Made by a program: the position numbers and the translations under genes. This document shows, one piece after another, positions 48,391 to 58,964 of a DNA stretch of 64,000 nucleotides. Origin of the DNA: an uncultured Gammaproteobacteria bacterium (lineage in GTDB: Bacteria > Pseudomonadota > Gammaproteobacteria > JAURND01); contig CAVQQD010000001.1 of the NCBI GenBank assembly GCA_963714975.1, positions 224,001 to 288,000 on the forward strand, given 5' to 3'. The notes beneath the pieces were generated by a model. The model saw nothing but the letters and a program-made list of their open reading frames with translations. It searched no databases and was not told the origin of the DNA. Each line of letters starts with the position of its first letter. Position 1 is the stretch's first letter.

Positions 48391-49599
48391 ATGCTGCTAA
48401 TATTTAAAAAATTACAAATCCTGTCATCACAACCTCTGCGTTGGTTTGTTCTCAATGGTATTTTTGCAACCTTTAGTAATGGTCTAATCTACATCGCCAT
48501 GACTTGGATAATCTTAAATGAAATCAATTCAATCAGTTCCTTGTCCACCTTAATGATCTGTTTCTGGGCACCCACTACTCTTTTAGGGCCGTTATGTGGT
48601 GTTATTGCCGATCGGTATTCAAGAAGAAAAATAATGACTTTCAGTAATCTATTACGCGGATTGTTCTTATTAGCCTTAATGACTATTGAAGACATGACCA
48701 GCACGGAGATCTACATTACTGCTTTAGCCTTGGGCATCATGGGCAACTTGTACGGTCCAGCTGCTTTTGCTTTTATTAGAGAAATAGTTCCTGCTGAGAA
48801 AATGTTTCAAGCAAATGCAATCGTTGCCATGTCTTATGAAGTTGGAAATATGGTAGGAATGGGTTGTGCAGGAATTTTAATGTCTGTATATCCCGCCAAA
48901 ATAGTGATTGCCATCAGCGGCTCACTTTTTTTGGCTGCCGTGGTATGCTTAATGCTCATTAAAGCGAAACCATCAATATCAAGCAATCTTCCTGGAACAT
49001 CAATAAATTTTCTTAAATCATTGCAAGAAGGGTTGAGTTATATTTGGAAGGTCAAAAAAATCCGTATTCTGTATACCGTGGAGTTATTGCTGATGGTCAA
49101 TTTTTTAACTGCACCCATTTTATTAGCTCCCTTCGCCAAAAATATTTTGCATACCAATGTCAGTCAATTCGGCATTATTCAAGCTTTTTTGTCATTAGGA
49201 ATTATTATGGGTGCTCTAATTGCTCCTTGGTTATTAGAACTTTGGCCATTAAAAAAAATAGTGATCGTCAAAACCACGGTTATCATGTTGCTTTTTTTAC
49301 TATTTTCAATAACTTCAAACGTAGTTACCGCCAACATAATTCATTTTTTTCTGGGGTTTGCAATGGTGGCTTGGACTTTAGTGGTCACTCAAGCGCAGCT
49401 TTGCACGGAATTAGACTTTCAAGCTCGTACTCATGCCGCATTTAATAGCATAACTGCAGTGGTAATTTTATTATTTTATATTTTGTTAGACGTTGGCAGC
49501 AAGTTAATTTCTCTGCGAGGATTATATGTACTCGAAGCAACTTTTGCTGCGATTGCGACTTATTTGTTGTGGCGTCATAGAGATTTTTTAACATCTTAG
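48391..49599 (+). CDS. MFS transporter
   Basis: About 12 TM segments, motif A GVIADRYSRRK. Confidence 0.9.
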   Translation: MLLIFKKLQILSSQPLRWFVLNGIFATFSNGLIYIAMTWIILNEINSISSLSTLMICFWAPTTLLGPLCGVIADRYSRRKIMTFSNLLRGLFLLALMTIEDMTSTEIYITALALGIMGNLYGPAAFAFIREIVPAEKMFQANAIVAMSYEVGNMVGMGCAGILMSVYPAKIVIAISGSLFLAAVVCLMLIKAKPSISSNLPGTSINFLKSLQEGLSYIWKVKKIRILYTVELLLMVNFLTAPILLAPFAKNILHTNVSQFGIIQAFLSLGIIMGALIAPWLLELWPLKKIVIVKTTVIMLLFLLFSITSNVVTANIIHFFLGFAMVAWTLVVTQAQLCTELDFQARTHAAFNSITAVVILLFYILLDVGSKLISLRGLYVLEATFAAIATYLLWRHRDFLTS

Positions 49600-49699
49600 G
49601 GCTCTGGCCAATCGATTGTTAACATCAGGATGAATAGGTCTGGAGAGTCCTAAGTTCCAGCCACAAATCCAGAAGGAGCAGGGTTTCAGCGGGACATGC

Positions 49700-50905
49700 T
49701 CAAATTCGCTCATAAAACACGGCTCTTCCTGGCAGATCTCCCTGCAACCCCATCGCGCGCCGGATAAAATAGGCTTTAAGCCATGGCAGCTTTTCAGTGC
49801 AGACAAATGCTCCTTCTCGTGCTTTTTTTGCGAGCGGAGACGTGCTAGCAAAACAACGCCGAAATCCTTCCATGGCTTTAATCATTAGGGTATTTTCGCC
49901 TTTACGCCAACGCTCATAACGTCGTAAATTCAATATATGCGCAAAATCTCGGCCTTTCTGAGCCGCTTCTTGGAGTACTTGCGCCAAACATGTGGCATCT
50001 AATAAGCCTAAATTGACCCCTTGACCCGCCAGAGGATGCAGAGTATGTGCTGCATCTCCAATTAACGCCACTCCTGGTTTGACATAATTTATGGCGTGAC
50101 TCTCTTGCAAGGAAAAAACCAGCCGCTGGTCAATCGCTTCCATCTCCCCCAGTGTCATCCCGAGCGAAGCGAGGGATCCTTCAAACGCAGCGGTTAGTTG
50201 TTGATTAAAGTCAATGACCTCCATTTTCTGAAGCTGTTGTGCTTGCTCAGGAGTAGTCGACCAGACTAACGAAGCAAGCTGCGGGTCTGCTAAAGGTAAT
50301 AATGCTACCGGACCGGTGGCCAGGAAACGTTGCCAGGCTGTTTGTCGATACCCTTGCTGGCAGCGTACTGTAGTCACTAAGGCGCTCTGCTGATAGGACC
50401 TGGTCTTTGCCGTTAACCCCGTTTGCTGGGCCACCCAAGAATTGGCGCCATCAGCACCTACTAATAAGCGGGTTTTAAGGTCTCCAAGATTAGTTAACCC
50501 CGTAGCATAAAATAACTGGACATTTTCATAGGATTGGAGCCGCGACCATAGGGCTTGTTTCATCACGGAATGTTCAACAATATGGCCTAAATAGGGTTGG
50601 GAAACTTCCGTGCAATCAAATTCAATCTTCGCAGAGCTTTGAGCATCCCAAACATACATCTGTTGAAATGGACTGACCCGCCATTGCTGTATCGTTTCCC
50701 AGAGATTAAAAGATTGAAAAATAGCGACAGCCGCATGGTTAATAGCACTCACCCGAAGGTCATAGCTGACGGGGGAAAAATTTGCCTCTGGCGCAGGTTG
50801 TTGGTCAATGACGGCAATAGTCCAGTGGCTATCTGCCAACGCATTGGCTAAGGTCAAACCAACTAGACTGCCACCGATTATGCAAATATCTGCTTCAACT
50901 ACCAT
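49700..50905 (-). CDS. FAD-dependent ubiquinone-biosynthesis hydroxylase (UbiI/UbiH/VisC family)
   Basis: IIGGSLVG, DLRVSAI, LVGADGANS, IGDAAHTLHPLAGQGVNLG. Confidence 0.92.
   Translation of the reverse strand: MVVEADICIIGGSLVGLTLANALADSHWTIAVIDQQPAPEANFSPVSYDLRVSAINHAAVAIFQSFNLWETIQQWRVSPFQQMYVWDAQSSAKIEFDCTEVSQPYLGHIVEHSVMKQALWSRLQSYENVQLFYATGLTNLGDLKTRLLVGADGANSWVAQQTGLTAKTRSYQQSALVTTVRCQQGYRQTAWQRFLATGPVALLPLADPQLASLVWSTTPEQAQQLQKMEVIDFNQQLTAAFEGSLASLGMTLGEMEAIDQRLVFSLQESHAINYVKPGVALIGDAAHTLHPLAGQGVNLGLLDATCLAQVLQEAAQKGRDFAHILNLRRYERWRKGENTLMIKAMEGFRRCFASTSPLAKKAREGAFVCTEKLPWLKAYFIRRAMGLQGDLPGRAVFYERI
50149..50178. repeat. REP unit inserted in-frame inside the ubiquinone hydroxylase gene
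   Basis: ccagtgtcatcccgagcgaagcgagggatc is identical to intergenic 60223-60252; encodes GSLASLGMTL. Confidence 0.85.
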
Positions 50906-51947
50906 GCCCTTCTCGATAAGTGGCCAACTGCAGCAGCATGGATTCCGTTTGCTCCCACCCTAAACAAGGATCAGTGATCGATAAGCCATTTAAGCTCACA
51001 TCGGCGGGATTCTGATGGTCAATGGCTTGATTACCAGGCAATAGAAAACTCTCCATCATAAATCCTTTGATCAATTTTCGTAATTCTGGATGATCTTTTA
51101 AACTTTCCAATACTTCAAACACCACGTGAGGTTGTTGATTGAAATCCTTTTTACCATTGACTACGCAATTGTCATGGCTCGCATCAATCATCACGGCAGG
51201 ATTTTGAATGCCATGGCGGTCCATTTCTTGCTTAACTTGCTGCAGATGCGCAATGGAATAATTAGGTTGTTGATTGCTGCCACGCAGCACTAAATGCGCA
51301 TAGGGATTGCCACTGGTTTGTACTTCATAGCCATCGAACACCGCCACATGCGGATGCTGAGCCGCTACAATGCTATTCACCCCCACCACCAAGGATCCAT
51401 GGGTAGGATTTTTCATGCCGACCGCGCAATCAATGGCTGAGGCAAAAATACGATGTTCCTGGTCTTCGGCACTTCGCGCACCGATAGCCACCCAGGATAA
51501 AAGCTCAAGGAATCCCTTGGCATTGTGGGTAAACAAAGCTTCATCGGCAATCGGCAGCCCCATCTCGACGATATCAATCATCATTTCCCGCACATAACGT
51601 ATTCCAGACTCAATATCGGCGGCAGCAAAAGGACTGGGTTGATTAAGAGGGCCTATCCACCCTTTAGTGGTGCGAGGCTTTTGAATATAAACGCGCATGA
51701 CTATTTTGATGACATGCTTAATTTTTTCATTGAGTGCTAGCAAGCGTTTGGCATATTCAATCACCGCTGGTTTTGGCCAAGCCGAACAAGGCCCTACTAC
51801 CATCAGCAAACGCGCATCTTGTCCCCCTAGAATATTTTTAATCTCTTCCCTATCCTGCATCACTCGTTCCTCACCCTCGGCGGATAGAGGAAGGGTACGA
51901 ATAAGCTCTTCTGCAGCTGGAAGTTTTTTTATCACGGTAAAACTCAT
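50895..51947 (-). CDS. DAHP synthase (class I alpha)
   Basis: VVGPCS, RVYIQKPRT, IGARS, GMKNPT, DASHDN, SITDPC. Confidence 0.93.
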   Translation of the reverse strand: MSFTVIKKLPAAEELIRTLPLSAEGEERVMQDREEIKNILGGQDARLLMVVGPCSAWPKPAVIEYAKRLLALNEKIKHVIKIVMRVYIQKPRTTKGWIGPLNQPSPFAAADIESGIRYVREMMIDIVEMGLPIADEALFTHNAKGFLELLSWVAIGARSAEDQEHRIFASAIDCAVGMKNPTHGSLVVGVNSIVAAQHPHVAVFDGYEVQTSGNPYAHLVLRGSNQQPNYSIAHLQQVKQEMDRHGIQNPAVMIDASHDNCVVNGKKDFNQQPHVVFEVLESLKDHPELRKLIKGFMMESFLLPGNQAIDHQNPADVSLNGLSITDPCLGWEQTESMLLQLATYREGHGS

Positions 51948-51992
51948 AATTTCATATCTCTTAATTAAGCACGTCACCCCTGCATGATGGGG

Positions 51993-53021
51993 TTACTTAA
52001 AACCTAAAGCCGCTAATCTCTTTTTTATACTTGGGTGGGTGGAAAAAGCATCCGATAACCCGCCAAAACTACTAATACCCGCTTGCAACGGGTCAAAAAT
52101 ATAAGCCTGTCGTCGCACAGATTCGTGCGACGTTGCCTGGGTTTGTTGGCCATAAACTTCGGCATTTTGCTGATAATCTCCCTGAATCTTTAATAAAGCC
52201 CGGGCCAGCGGTTCATTATTGCGGGTGAGTTCTACGCAACCGGCGTCCGCCATATACTCACGCGTCCGACTTAAATAGAGGGTAAGCAAAATCGTGGTAA
52301 TAGGCAAAATCCACCGTAATAAAATAATAATAAACAGCAAATTATTACGACCGCGATCGCCAGAACGACGGCCAAAAATAGCGCTATAAAATAAAATATC
52401 TAACAACATCAGCATCAAATTACTTAGCACCGAAGCCATCAAAGTTAATTTGATATCGCCATGACGAATATGGCTGAGCTCATGCGCCATTACGGCTTGC
52501 AGTTCACTGCGATCTAACTTTTCAATCAAGCCGCGGGTGATCGCCACCATGGCTGATTTTTCACTATAGCCGCTGGCAAAAGCATTCATATAATCTGCCT
52601 CAATTAAATAAATCTTTGGCATATAATGCAAGCCAGCCGCCACTTTCATTTCTTCAACTACATTATAGAGCTGGATTTCTTGGGTAGTCTTTGCAGTCTC
52701 CGGGGTAATTTCTCGATACTCCGTCCCCAGCAACATGAGTTTGTCATAGAACTTAAAGGTGACCCACAAGGAAATAATGGCCACTGCCCCGGCAATTAAG
52801 GCCACTTGCGGGAAAAGCCGAAAGCTAATTAGGGCAAAGAAAATTTGCGATAAAGCAGCATTCGGATATTGCCCCGAATAAATGAACATATCGACCAGCA
52901 AGCCAATAAAAAAATAAATCAGCATAAAAGTAATGATGACAAAATAAGTACGGCGAGTGTTTAACTTAATTAAACCTCGCCAGTCTGGGGCATGATTGTG
53001 GGTGTTATTTATCTGATTCAT
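51993..53021 (-). CDS. htpX: Zinc metalloprotease HtpX (M48)
   Basis: NAFASG, HELSH, REYMAD, STHP. Confidence 0.92.
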   Translation of the reverse strand: MNQINNTHNHAPDWRGLIKLNTRRTYFVIITFMLIYFFIGLLVDMFIYSGQYPNAALSQIFFALISFRLFPQVALIAGAVAIISLWVTFKFYDKLMLLGTEYREITPETAKTTQEIQLYNVVEEMKVAAGLHYMPKIYLIEADYMNAFASGYSEKSAMVAITRGLIEKLDRSELQAVMAHELSHIRHGDIKLTLMASVLSNLMLMLLDILFYSAIFGRRSGDRGRNNLLFIIILLRWILPITTILLTLYLSRTREYMADAGCVELTRNNEPLARALLKIQGDYQQNAEVYGQQTQATSHESVRRQAYIFDPLQAGISSFGGLSDAFSTHPSIKKRLAALGFK

Positions 53022-53610
53022 CTGATTTACGATCGATCTTCACGGTGTATTCTTCTCTAGCACTTACCTGTTCTGCACTTAATTGCCAATAAGGAAAATC
53101 CAATTCCAGCTTGCCATGAAACAAAGAAACCACCATGGCAGCAAAAAAGGACTTCTTATCGGCGTTATAGCGTTCAATGCTATCATTCAAAGCTTGCTTG
53201 GAAAAAGCGAGTTTATTTTCAGTATTGACCACTTCCTCTTGGAGCTGCAATGCATTTTCGTTGGCCTTCAAAGTGGGATACTGTTCAAAAACGACATTTA
53301 ATCCCCCTAAAATTTGCGAAATCTTATTTTCCGAAGCAATGCGCGCTCCTTCATCTCCCTGGGCGTGGGCTTGCTGCGCCTGAGCACGCAAACCTACGAT
53401 GTCTTTGAGGGTGCTCCGTTCATAGTCCATATAGTTTCTTAAGACATTAATTAAGGACTCAAAGACCTTATAACGCCGATCCAATTGGATATCGATCTGC
53501 TTTTGGTTATTTTTGACTGCCTCAATTTCGGCAATTAAGCGATTATAGGTCAGAACAATAAACCCAAGGATTAAAGCAATGATGATAAGGGAAATAATTA
53601 AAGCACCCAT
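53005..53610 (-). CDS. lemA: LemA family protein
   Basis: N-terminal TM, IDIQLDRR, EQYPTLKAN, TENKL; upstream of htpX. Confidence 0.93.
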   Translation of the reverse strand: MGALIISLIIIALILGFIVLTYNRLIAEIEAVKNNQKQIDIQLDRRYKVFESLINVLRNYMDYERSTLKDIVGLRAQAQQAHAQGDEGARIASENKISQILGGLNVVFEQYPTLKANENALQLQEEVVNTENKLAFSKQALNDSIERYNADKKSFFAAMVVSLFHGKLELDFPYWQLSAEQVSAREEYTVKIDRKSDESDK

Positions 53611-53682
53611 AGAATGACCTCCTTTTTCAAATTAGGCTGCATTATAACCTATTTATGGCTAAAAATCAGCGGAGAAGGGATA

Positions 53683-54522
53683 TTATTGCCTAATTTGTAA
53701 TGCTCGCGCATAAAGCTTATTTCGCTTCTCTCCAGTAATTTCAGCCGCTAACTCCACGGCCTGTTTGAGCGGTAATTGCCCAGATAAAATTTTCATTACC
53801 CGTAAACTTTCAGCCGCTAGCTCATTGTCGATTGGAGCTGGAGAAGCTCCGGCAACTAAAACCACCCATTCGCCCTTTTGTGAAACCGCATTTTCAAGCC
53901 ACACACTCGCTTCAGCTGCAGTACCATAAAAAAATGTTTCAAACGTTTTGGTTAATTCTTTAGCCAGCACAACCTGTCGATCGAGAGAAAAAACTTGCGC
54001 TATATCGTGGCACAGTTTAAGAATGCGGTGGGGAGCTTCATAAAATATTATCGTTCGCTCTTCTTGGGCTAAATCCGCTAACTGCCGGCGGCGCTCAGTA
54101 TCGCGAGCTGATAAAAACCCTTCAAATACAAAGCGTGCTGTAGGTAATCCCGCAGCAGACAGTGCAGTAATTGCAGCACACGGTCCTGGAATGGGGATTA
54201 TTTTTATTCTGGCTTCCCGTAAATTTTTAATCAACCAATAGCCAGGATCACTAATTAATGGGGTACCCGCGTCACTGATCAGGGCAATGTCTTTACCCTC
54301 TTGCAGCCAACGCAAGCAAGCTGCAAGCCGTTTTTGTTCATTAAACTCATGTAAAGAAAATACCGGGGTGGTAATACCATAATGTTGGAGCAAGCGTTTG
54401 CTATGACGGGTATCTTCAGCGGCGATGAGCTGCACCGTTTTGAGCACCGTTAACCCCCGCTGGCTGATATCACCCAAATTACCGATGGGGGTAGCTACTA
54501 CATAAAGAATACCCTCACCCAT
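53683..54522 (-). CDS. rsmI: 16S rRNA C1402 2'-O-methyltransferase
   Basis: VATPIGNL.DI, AEDTR, SDAGTPLISDPG, YEAPHR, ELTKTFE. Confidence 0.96.
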   Translation of the reverse strand: MGEGILYVVATPIGNLGDISQRGLTVLKTVQLIAAEDTRHSKRLLQHYGITTPVFSLHEFNEQKRLAACLRWLQEGKDIALISDAGTPLISDPGYWLIKNLREARIKIIPIPGPCAAITALSAAGLPTARFVFEGFLSARDTERRRQLADLAQEERTIIFYEAPHRILKLCHDIAQVFSLDRQVVLAKELTKTFETFFYGTAAEASVWLENAVSQKGEWVVLVAGASPAPIDNELAAESLRVMKILSGQLPLKQAVELAAEITGEKRNKLYARALQIRQ

Positions 54523-54523
54523 C

Positions 54524-55087
54524 TCATCTACAGCTTAAAAAGGACTTTACTAAATAAGAACTCACTTGTCCCGCGCTTTGTTGGCGCAAAATGGACCATT
54601 GGGTCGGTAGTGGCAAAGGTTGTAAATCACGCTCAGCTTCAATATAAATGAGTGCTGCTGGCGCCACGCAGTGGTTAGCTTCCAACCATTGGTAGCAAGT
54701 AGGTAAGCAATTTTGATGAAAGGGCGGGTCTAAAAACACTATATCAAATCTGCCTAGCTCAGATAATTTTAGCTTTGGAATCTGCCCACAGTACAAACGG
54801 ACCCGATCCCCGCCACCTAAAATCTTTACATTAGTTTGCAATTCTTTAATCACTTGGGGTGACGTATCAATCATGACTACAGAATGAGCTCCTCGTGACA
54901 AGGCTTCAAATCCCAAGGCGCCGCTACCTGCGAATAAATCCAAACAACGCGCACCAATAACTTTATGCATAAGCCAATTAAACAAAGTTTCACGCAACCT
55001 ATTCGGCGTGGGACGTAATCCAGGTAAGCTACTAAAATGTATTTTACGACCGCGCCATTGGCCACCAATGATTCTCACAGCTCCCAT
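54524..55087 (-). CDS. rsmD: 16S rRNA m2G966 methyltransferase
   Basis: RIIGG.WRGR, RPTP.RLRETLFNWL, DLFAGSG, DPPF. Confidence 0.96.
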   Translation of the reverse strand: MGAVRIIGGQWRGRKIHFSSLPGLRPTPNRLRETLFNWLMHKVIGARCLDLFAGSGALGFEALSRGAHSVVMIDTSPQVIKELQTNVKILGGGDRVRLYCGQIPKLKLSELGRFDIVFLDPPFHQNCLPTCYQWLEANHCVAPAALIYIEAERDLQPLPLPTQWSILRQQSAGQVSSYLVKSFLSCR

Positions 55088-55093
55088 GGAGTC

Positions 55094-56464
55094 TTATGAG
55101 GCCTTAGCAGTAGTCATACCTTCTGAACTAGGTTGTCCTACCATCACGGTGATAAAAGCATCAGGATCTAAATGGTTGTGAAAAGCCTCTTTAATTTGCG
55201 CAGGAGTTACAGCACTAATTTTACTGCGATAGCTATCAAGATAATCCAGCGGCAATCCATAAAAGGCAATAAAACTAATTCGATTTAAAATCTCAACATT
55301 ACTATCAATGGTCAATGGAAATTCACCAACGATATGCTGCTTAGCTTTTTCCACTTCCTGATCGGTAGGCCCTTTCTCTAAAAAATTAAGCAAAATCGAT
55401 CGTGCAACATCAACGGCATTTTTCGCCTGCTGGTTACGCGTTTGTAATGCAACGATAAAAGGCCCCTTACCTTGCCACAAAGCAAACTGACTATTAGTGC
55501 CATAAACAAGGCCACGCTGTTCACGCAGTTGGACAAAAAGCTGAGACACTAAAGCCGCTCCCCCCAAAATATAGTTCCCAACCGTTAAGGGAAATATTTC
55601 AGAGTCTTGAGGAGCCACGCCGATTTGCCCAAGCAAAATAGCTGTTTGTTGTGAAGGAAAGGTAATTTGTTTCGTAACCGGTTTCAGAGGCGCCTGGGCC
55701 AAGGGTATAGTTTGCGCTGCCTGACCCTTTGCCAAAGATTTGCTCACTTGCTCAGCGACATCGTGTGCTTGCTGTGTGCTTAAATTCCCAACGAGGGTAA
55801 TTAAAGCATTTTTACTCACATAAAACTGTTTATAAAAATCGCGAACGTCCTGCTGAGTAAGCTGCGCTACTGACGCGAGCGTTCCAGCGCTGGAATGTCC
55901 ATAGGGCTGTTCACCATATAAGAGTTTCAAGAAAGCATTTCTTGCAACAACGGTCGGTAGCTGCAACTCTGCTTGTAAGCCAACCATTACCTGTTTTTTG
56001 ACCCGCTCAAACGCATTAAGCGCAAAATCTGGGGCAGCAACGACTGTGGTATAAATTTGCAATGCGGGTTGTAAGTAGTTTGCATCCGTCAAGCTACGCA
56101 TCCCCACAGTAGCGAGATCGTTATTAACTCTTGCATTGAAAATGGCGCCTGCAGCATCAAATTTTTCAGCAATCTGATCCGCAGATAAACCAGCTGCCCC
56201 TTCATCCATTAAAGAATTGGTTAAATTAGCCAGGCCATGTTTTTTCTCGTCATAGCCAGAACCCGCTCGAAATACTAGTTGAATATCCATCATGGGAATT
56301 TCTTGTGCTTGCACGAAATACACCGGGACCCCTTGGGCCGTTTCCCAATGCTGAATATTTAACACGCGAGATGCAGGAGCAACTGGATTTTGCGCCAAAA
56401 CAGGAGAACTGATATTTAACGAGCTAGCGATCATAATGCACCTGATTATCCATTTAATGTACAT
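55094..56464 (-). CDS. M16 peptidase, non-catalytic subunit
   Basis: M16 fold lacking HxxEH; LREQRGLVY motif; ATG 56464 overlaps upstream gene. Confidence 0.88.
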   Translation of the reverse strand: MYIKWIIRCIMIASSLNISSPVLAQNPVAPASRVLNIQHWETAQGVPVYFVQAQEIPMMDIQLVFRAGSGYDEKKHGLANLTNSLMDEGAAGLSADQIAEKFDAAGAIFNARVNNDLATVGMRSLTDANYLQPALQIYTTVVAAPDFALNAFERVKKQVMVGLQAELQLPTVVARNAFLKLLYGEQPYGHSSAGTLASVAQLTQQDVRDFYKQFYVSKNALITLVGNLSTQQAHDVAEQVSKSLAKGQAAQTIPLAQAPLKPVTKQITFPSQQTAILLGQIGVAPQDSEIFPLTVGNYILGGAALVSQLFVQLREQRGLVYGTNSQFALWQGKGPFIVALQTRNQQAKNAVDVARSILLNFLEKGPTDQEVEKAKQHIVGEFPLTIDSNVEILNRISFIAFYGLPLDYLDSYRSKISAVTPAQIKEAFHNHLDPDAFITVMVGQPSSEGMTTAKAS

Positions 56465-57845
56465 GAGTTGCTTCTCCTGGCGCAGCCGGGGCTTGAGCGG
56501 GCTTCTGCCCTTTTTCCAAAGGCAAGGGCTGCAATTCGGCAACAGTGAGGTTTTCAGGAATAAAATAATGTCTTGCTACTTCTTGTATTTGTGCTGGGGT
56601 AACCGCGGCAATCCGTTGGACGAATTCATCTCGAAGTTGCCAAGGCAGGCCTACAGCAATTAATGAACCAATTTCTTCTGCTTGATGGCTGATCACATCC
56701 TGAGAATATACCTTACTAGCGATGACTCCAGTTTTTACTCGCGCCAATTCTTCAGCTAAAACCAGGGTATCTTGCAATTTTTTGATTTCAGTAATCAAGC
56801 CTGTCTTAATTTCTTCACTAGTTCGCCCCGGCGCCGGGGTACCTTGTAAATAAACAGCAGTACTCAATCGTTGATAAGGATCATAATCAATCTGGGCATC
56901 TGCCGCAATTTGACTACCACGAATTAAATCTTTGTTTAACCAACTATTGCTGCCACTACCTAAAATAGCAGCGATTACCGCTAAAACATAAGGATCATTG
57001 CTCTGACGTGCTTGAGGGACGCTAGGAACATTGTAAGCCATTAATACCCAAGGCACTTGTGCTGGCAGGCGAGTCACCAGACTGCGTTGCCCTACTGAAG
57101 GTAGTTCAACTTGGGGCTTGATTTCCGGTAACACTGCGGATTTTAACGGACCAAAATATTGCAATGCGAGTTGATAAATTTCCTGGGGTTTTACATCACC
57201 TACCACCACAATAAAAGCATTATTAGGGGCATACCATTGTTGATACCATTGTTGTAAATCATGTAACTTCAGGTTCTTGATGTCATTCATCCACCCAATC
57301 GGTAAATGATGATAAGAGGTAGAAATAAAAGTGGCTGCAACCAAACGCTCATAGGTAAAAGATTGCGGGTTATCTTCAAAACGCATCCGTCGCTCTTCCA
57401 TCACCACTTGCATTTCTTTGGCAAATTCTTCCGGGGTCAAATTTATATTTCGCATTCGATCTGCTTCCAACTCAAATGCAATCGCTAATTTTCGCGAATC
57501 CATCAGCTCGTAATAGAGTGTGTAATCTGTTCCGGTCATCGCATTGAGTTGAGCACCCACATCAGACAGAATACGTGAAAATTCACCTCGGCCATGCTTT
57601 GCAGTGCCTTGGAACATCATGTGCTCTAAGGCGTGAGAGATACCAGTAATCCCATTGGGCTCATAACTCGAACCCACCTTATACCAAACTTGTAACACAG
57701 CTACGGGCGCACGATGATCCTCTTGGACAAACACCTGGAGGCCATTTGGTAAAGTATACGAAGTAACTTCTTTGGCAGAAGCCGGAAGAGGAAGCATAAG
57801 GGCCATAAATAAGGTCAACACAATAGTGAAAATGAACTGTCGCAC
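56454..57845 (-). CDS. M16 zinc peptidase, catalytic subunit
   Basis: HALEH, EER, WYAPNNA; GTG at 57845 with AAGGA RBS and signal peptide. Confidence 0.9.
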   Translation of the reverse strand: MRQFIFTIVLTLFMALMLPLPASAKEVTSYTLPNGLQVFVQEDHRAPVAVLQVWYKVGSSYEPNGITGISHALEHMMFQGTAKHGRGEFSRILSDVGAQLNAMTGTDYTLYYELMDSRKLAIAFELEADRMRNINLTPEEFAKEMQVVMEERRMRFEDNPQSFTYERLVAATFISTSYHHLPIGWMNDIKNLKLHDLQQWYQQWYAPNNAFIVVVGDVKPQEIYQLALQYFGPLKSAVLPEIKPQVELPSVGQRSLVTRLPAQVPWVLMAYNVPSVPQARQSNDPYVLAVIAAILGSGSNSWLNKDLIRGSQIAADAQIDYDPYQRLSTAVYLQGTPAPGRTSEEIKTGLITEIKKLQDTLVLAEELARVKTGVIASKVYSQDVISHQAEEIGSLIAVGLPWQLRDEFVQRIAAVTPAQIQEVARHYFIPENLTVAELQPLPLEKGQKPAQAPAAPGEATHVH

Positions 57846-57915
57846 AGCGTTTCCTTTTGGGGCAAAGTGGAATAAAGTATAGCGCATATATTCTGTTAAT
57901 AGGAACACAAATAAT

Positions 57916-58914
57916 ATGTTTGGCTTGCGCAAACCCAAAACAACCCCTGGAACAATCATTACCTCAGCGCCCCCGGTTCAAGAAAAACCCAAGGGCTTAT
58001 TCGGCACCCTAAGTCAGGGACTGAAGCGCACCCGAAGCCAATTTTCCGAAGGATTAGCCACACTCCTTTTTGGCAAGAAAATAGTCGATGCTGAGCTATT
58101 GGAAGAAATTGAAACCCACCTGCTCATGGCCGATGTCGGAGTTACGGCCACCGAACATATTGTGGGAGAAATGACCGCGCGAGTAAAACGCAAGGAATTG
58201 GCAGATGCCTCAAACTTATTTCGCGCACTGCAAGAAGCGCTAATTACTATTCTTAGCCCCTGTGCTACTCCTTGGATTATTCCCCCTGACACTAAGCCTT
58301 ACATTATTTTAATAGTAGGGGTCAACGGCGCCGGCAAAACCACTACAATTGGTAAATTAGCCAAGCGTTTCCAGGCAGAAGGCAAATCCGTTTTGTTGGC
58401 TGCAGGTGATACCTTTCGTGCCGCTGCGATCGACCAATTACAAGTTTGGGGAGATCGCAATCAAATACCAGTCATTAAACAACTTCCCGGCGCAGATAGC
58501 GCCTCGGTCATTTTTGATGGTTTATCAGCTGCTCGGGCACGGAATGTTGATATCATGATTGCTGATACTGCCGGTCGCTTGCATACTCAGACTCATTTGA
58601 TGGAGGAATTAAAAAAAATTAAGCGTGTGATGACGAAATTGGATCCCACTGCCCCACATGAAACTATGTTGGTGCTTGATGCCGGGATTGGACAAAATGC
58701 CCTACGCCAAGCCGAACAATTTAACGAGGCAATCCAATTAACTAGCCTAACCCTCACTAAATTAGATGGAACAGCCAAAGGAGGAGTGATTTTTTCTTTG
58801 GCTGAGTCTTTAAAATTACCTATTCGTTTTGTGGGGGTGGGAGAAGGTATTGAAGATTTGCAGCCATTTGATGCAAAATTATTTGTTGAAGCTTTATTGC
58901 CATCACGTGAGTGA
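57916..58914 (+). CDS. ftsY: Signal recognition particle receptor
   Basis: GVNGAGKTT, DTFRAAA, DTAGR, TKLDG. Confidence 0.97.
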   Translation: MFGLRKPKTTPGTIITSAPPVQEKPKGLFGTLSQGLKRTRSQFSEGLATLLFGKKIVDAELLEEIETHLLMADVGVTATEHIVGEMTARVKRKELADASNLFRALQEALITILSPCATPWIIPPDTKPYIILIVGVNGAGKTTTIGKLAKRFQAEGKSVLLAAGDTFRAAAIDQLQVWGDRNQIPVIKQLPGADSASVIFDGLSAARARNVDIMIADTAGRLHTQTHLMEELKKIKRVMTKLDPTAPHETMLVLDAGIGQNALRQAEQFNEAIQLTSLTLTKLDGTAKGGVIFSLAESLKLPIRFVGVGEGIEDLQPFDAKLFVEALLPSRE

Positions 58915-58964
58915 TCAGGAACCACCATATCATTGTGGCAGCCATTAAAAGGATATTAAAAACC

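Noticed and set aside
49595-49654. Mini-MITE with cttagg(g/a)ctct ends between MFS and ubi gene
   Set aside because: Only an 11-bp imperfect IR, single copy in the window; could be chance or a terminator
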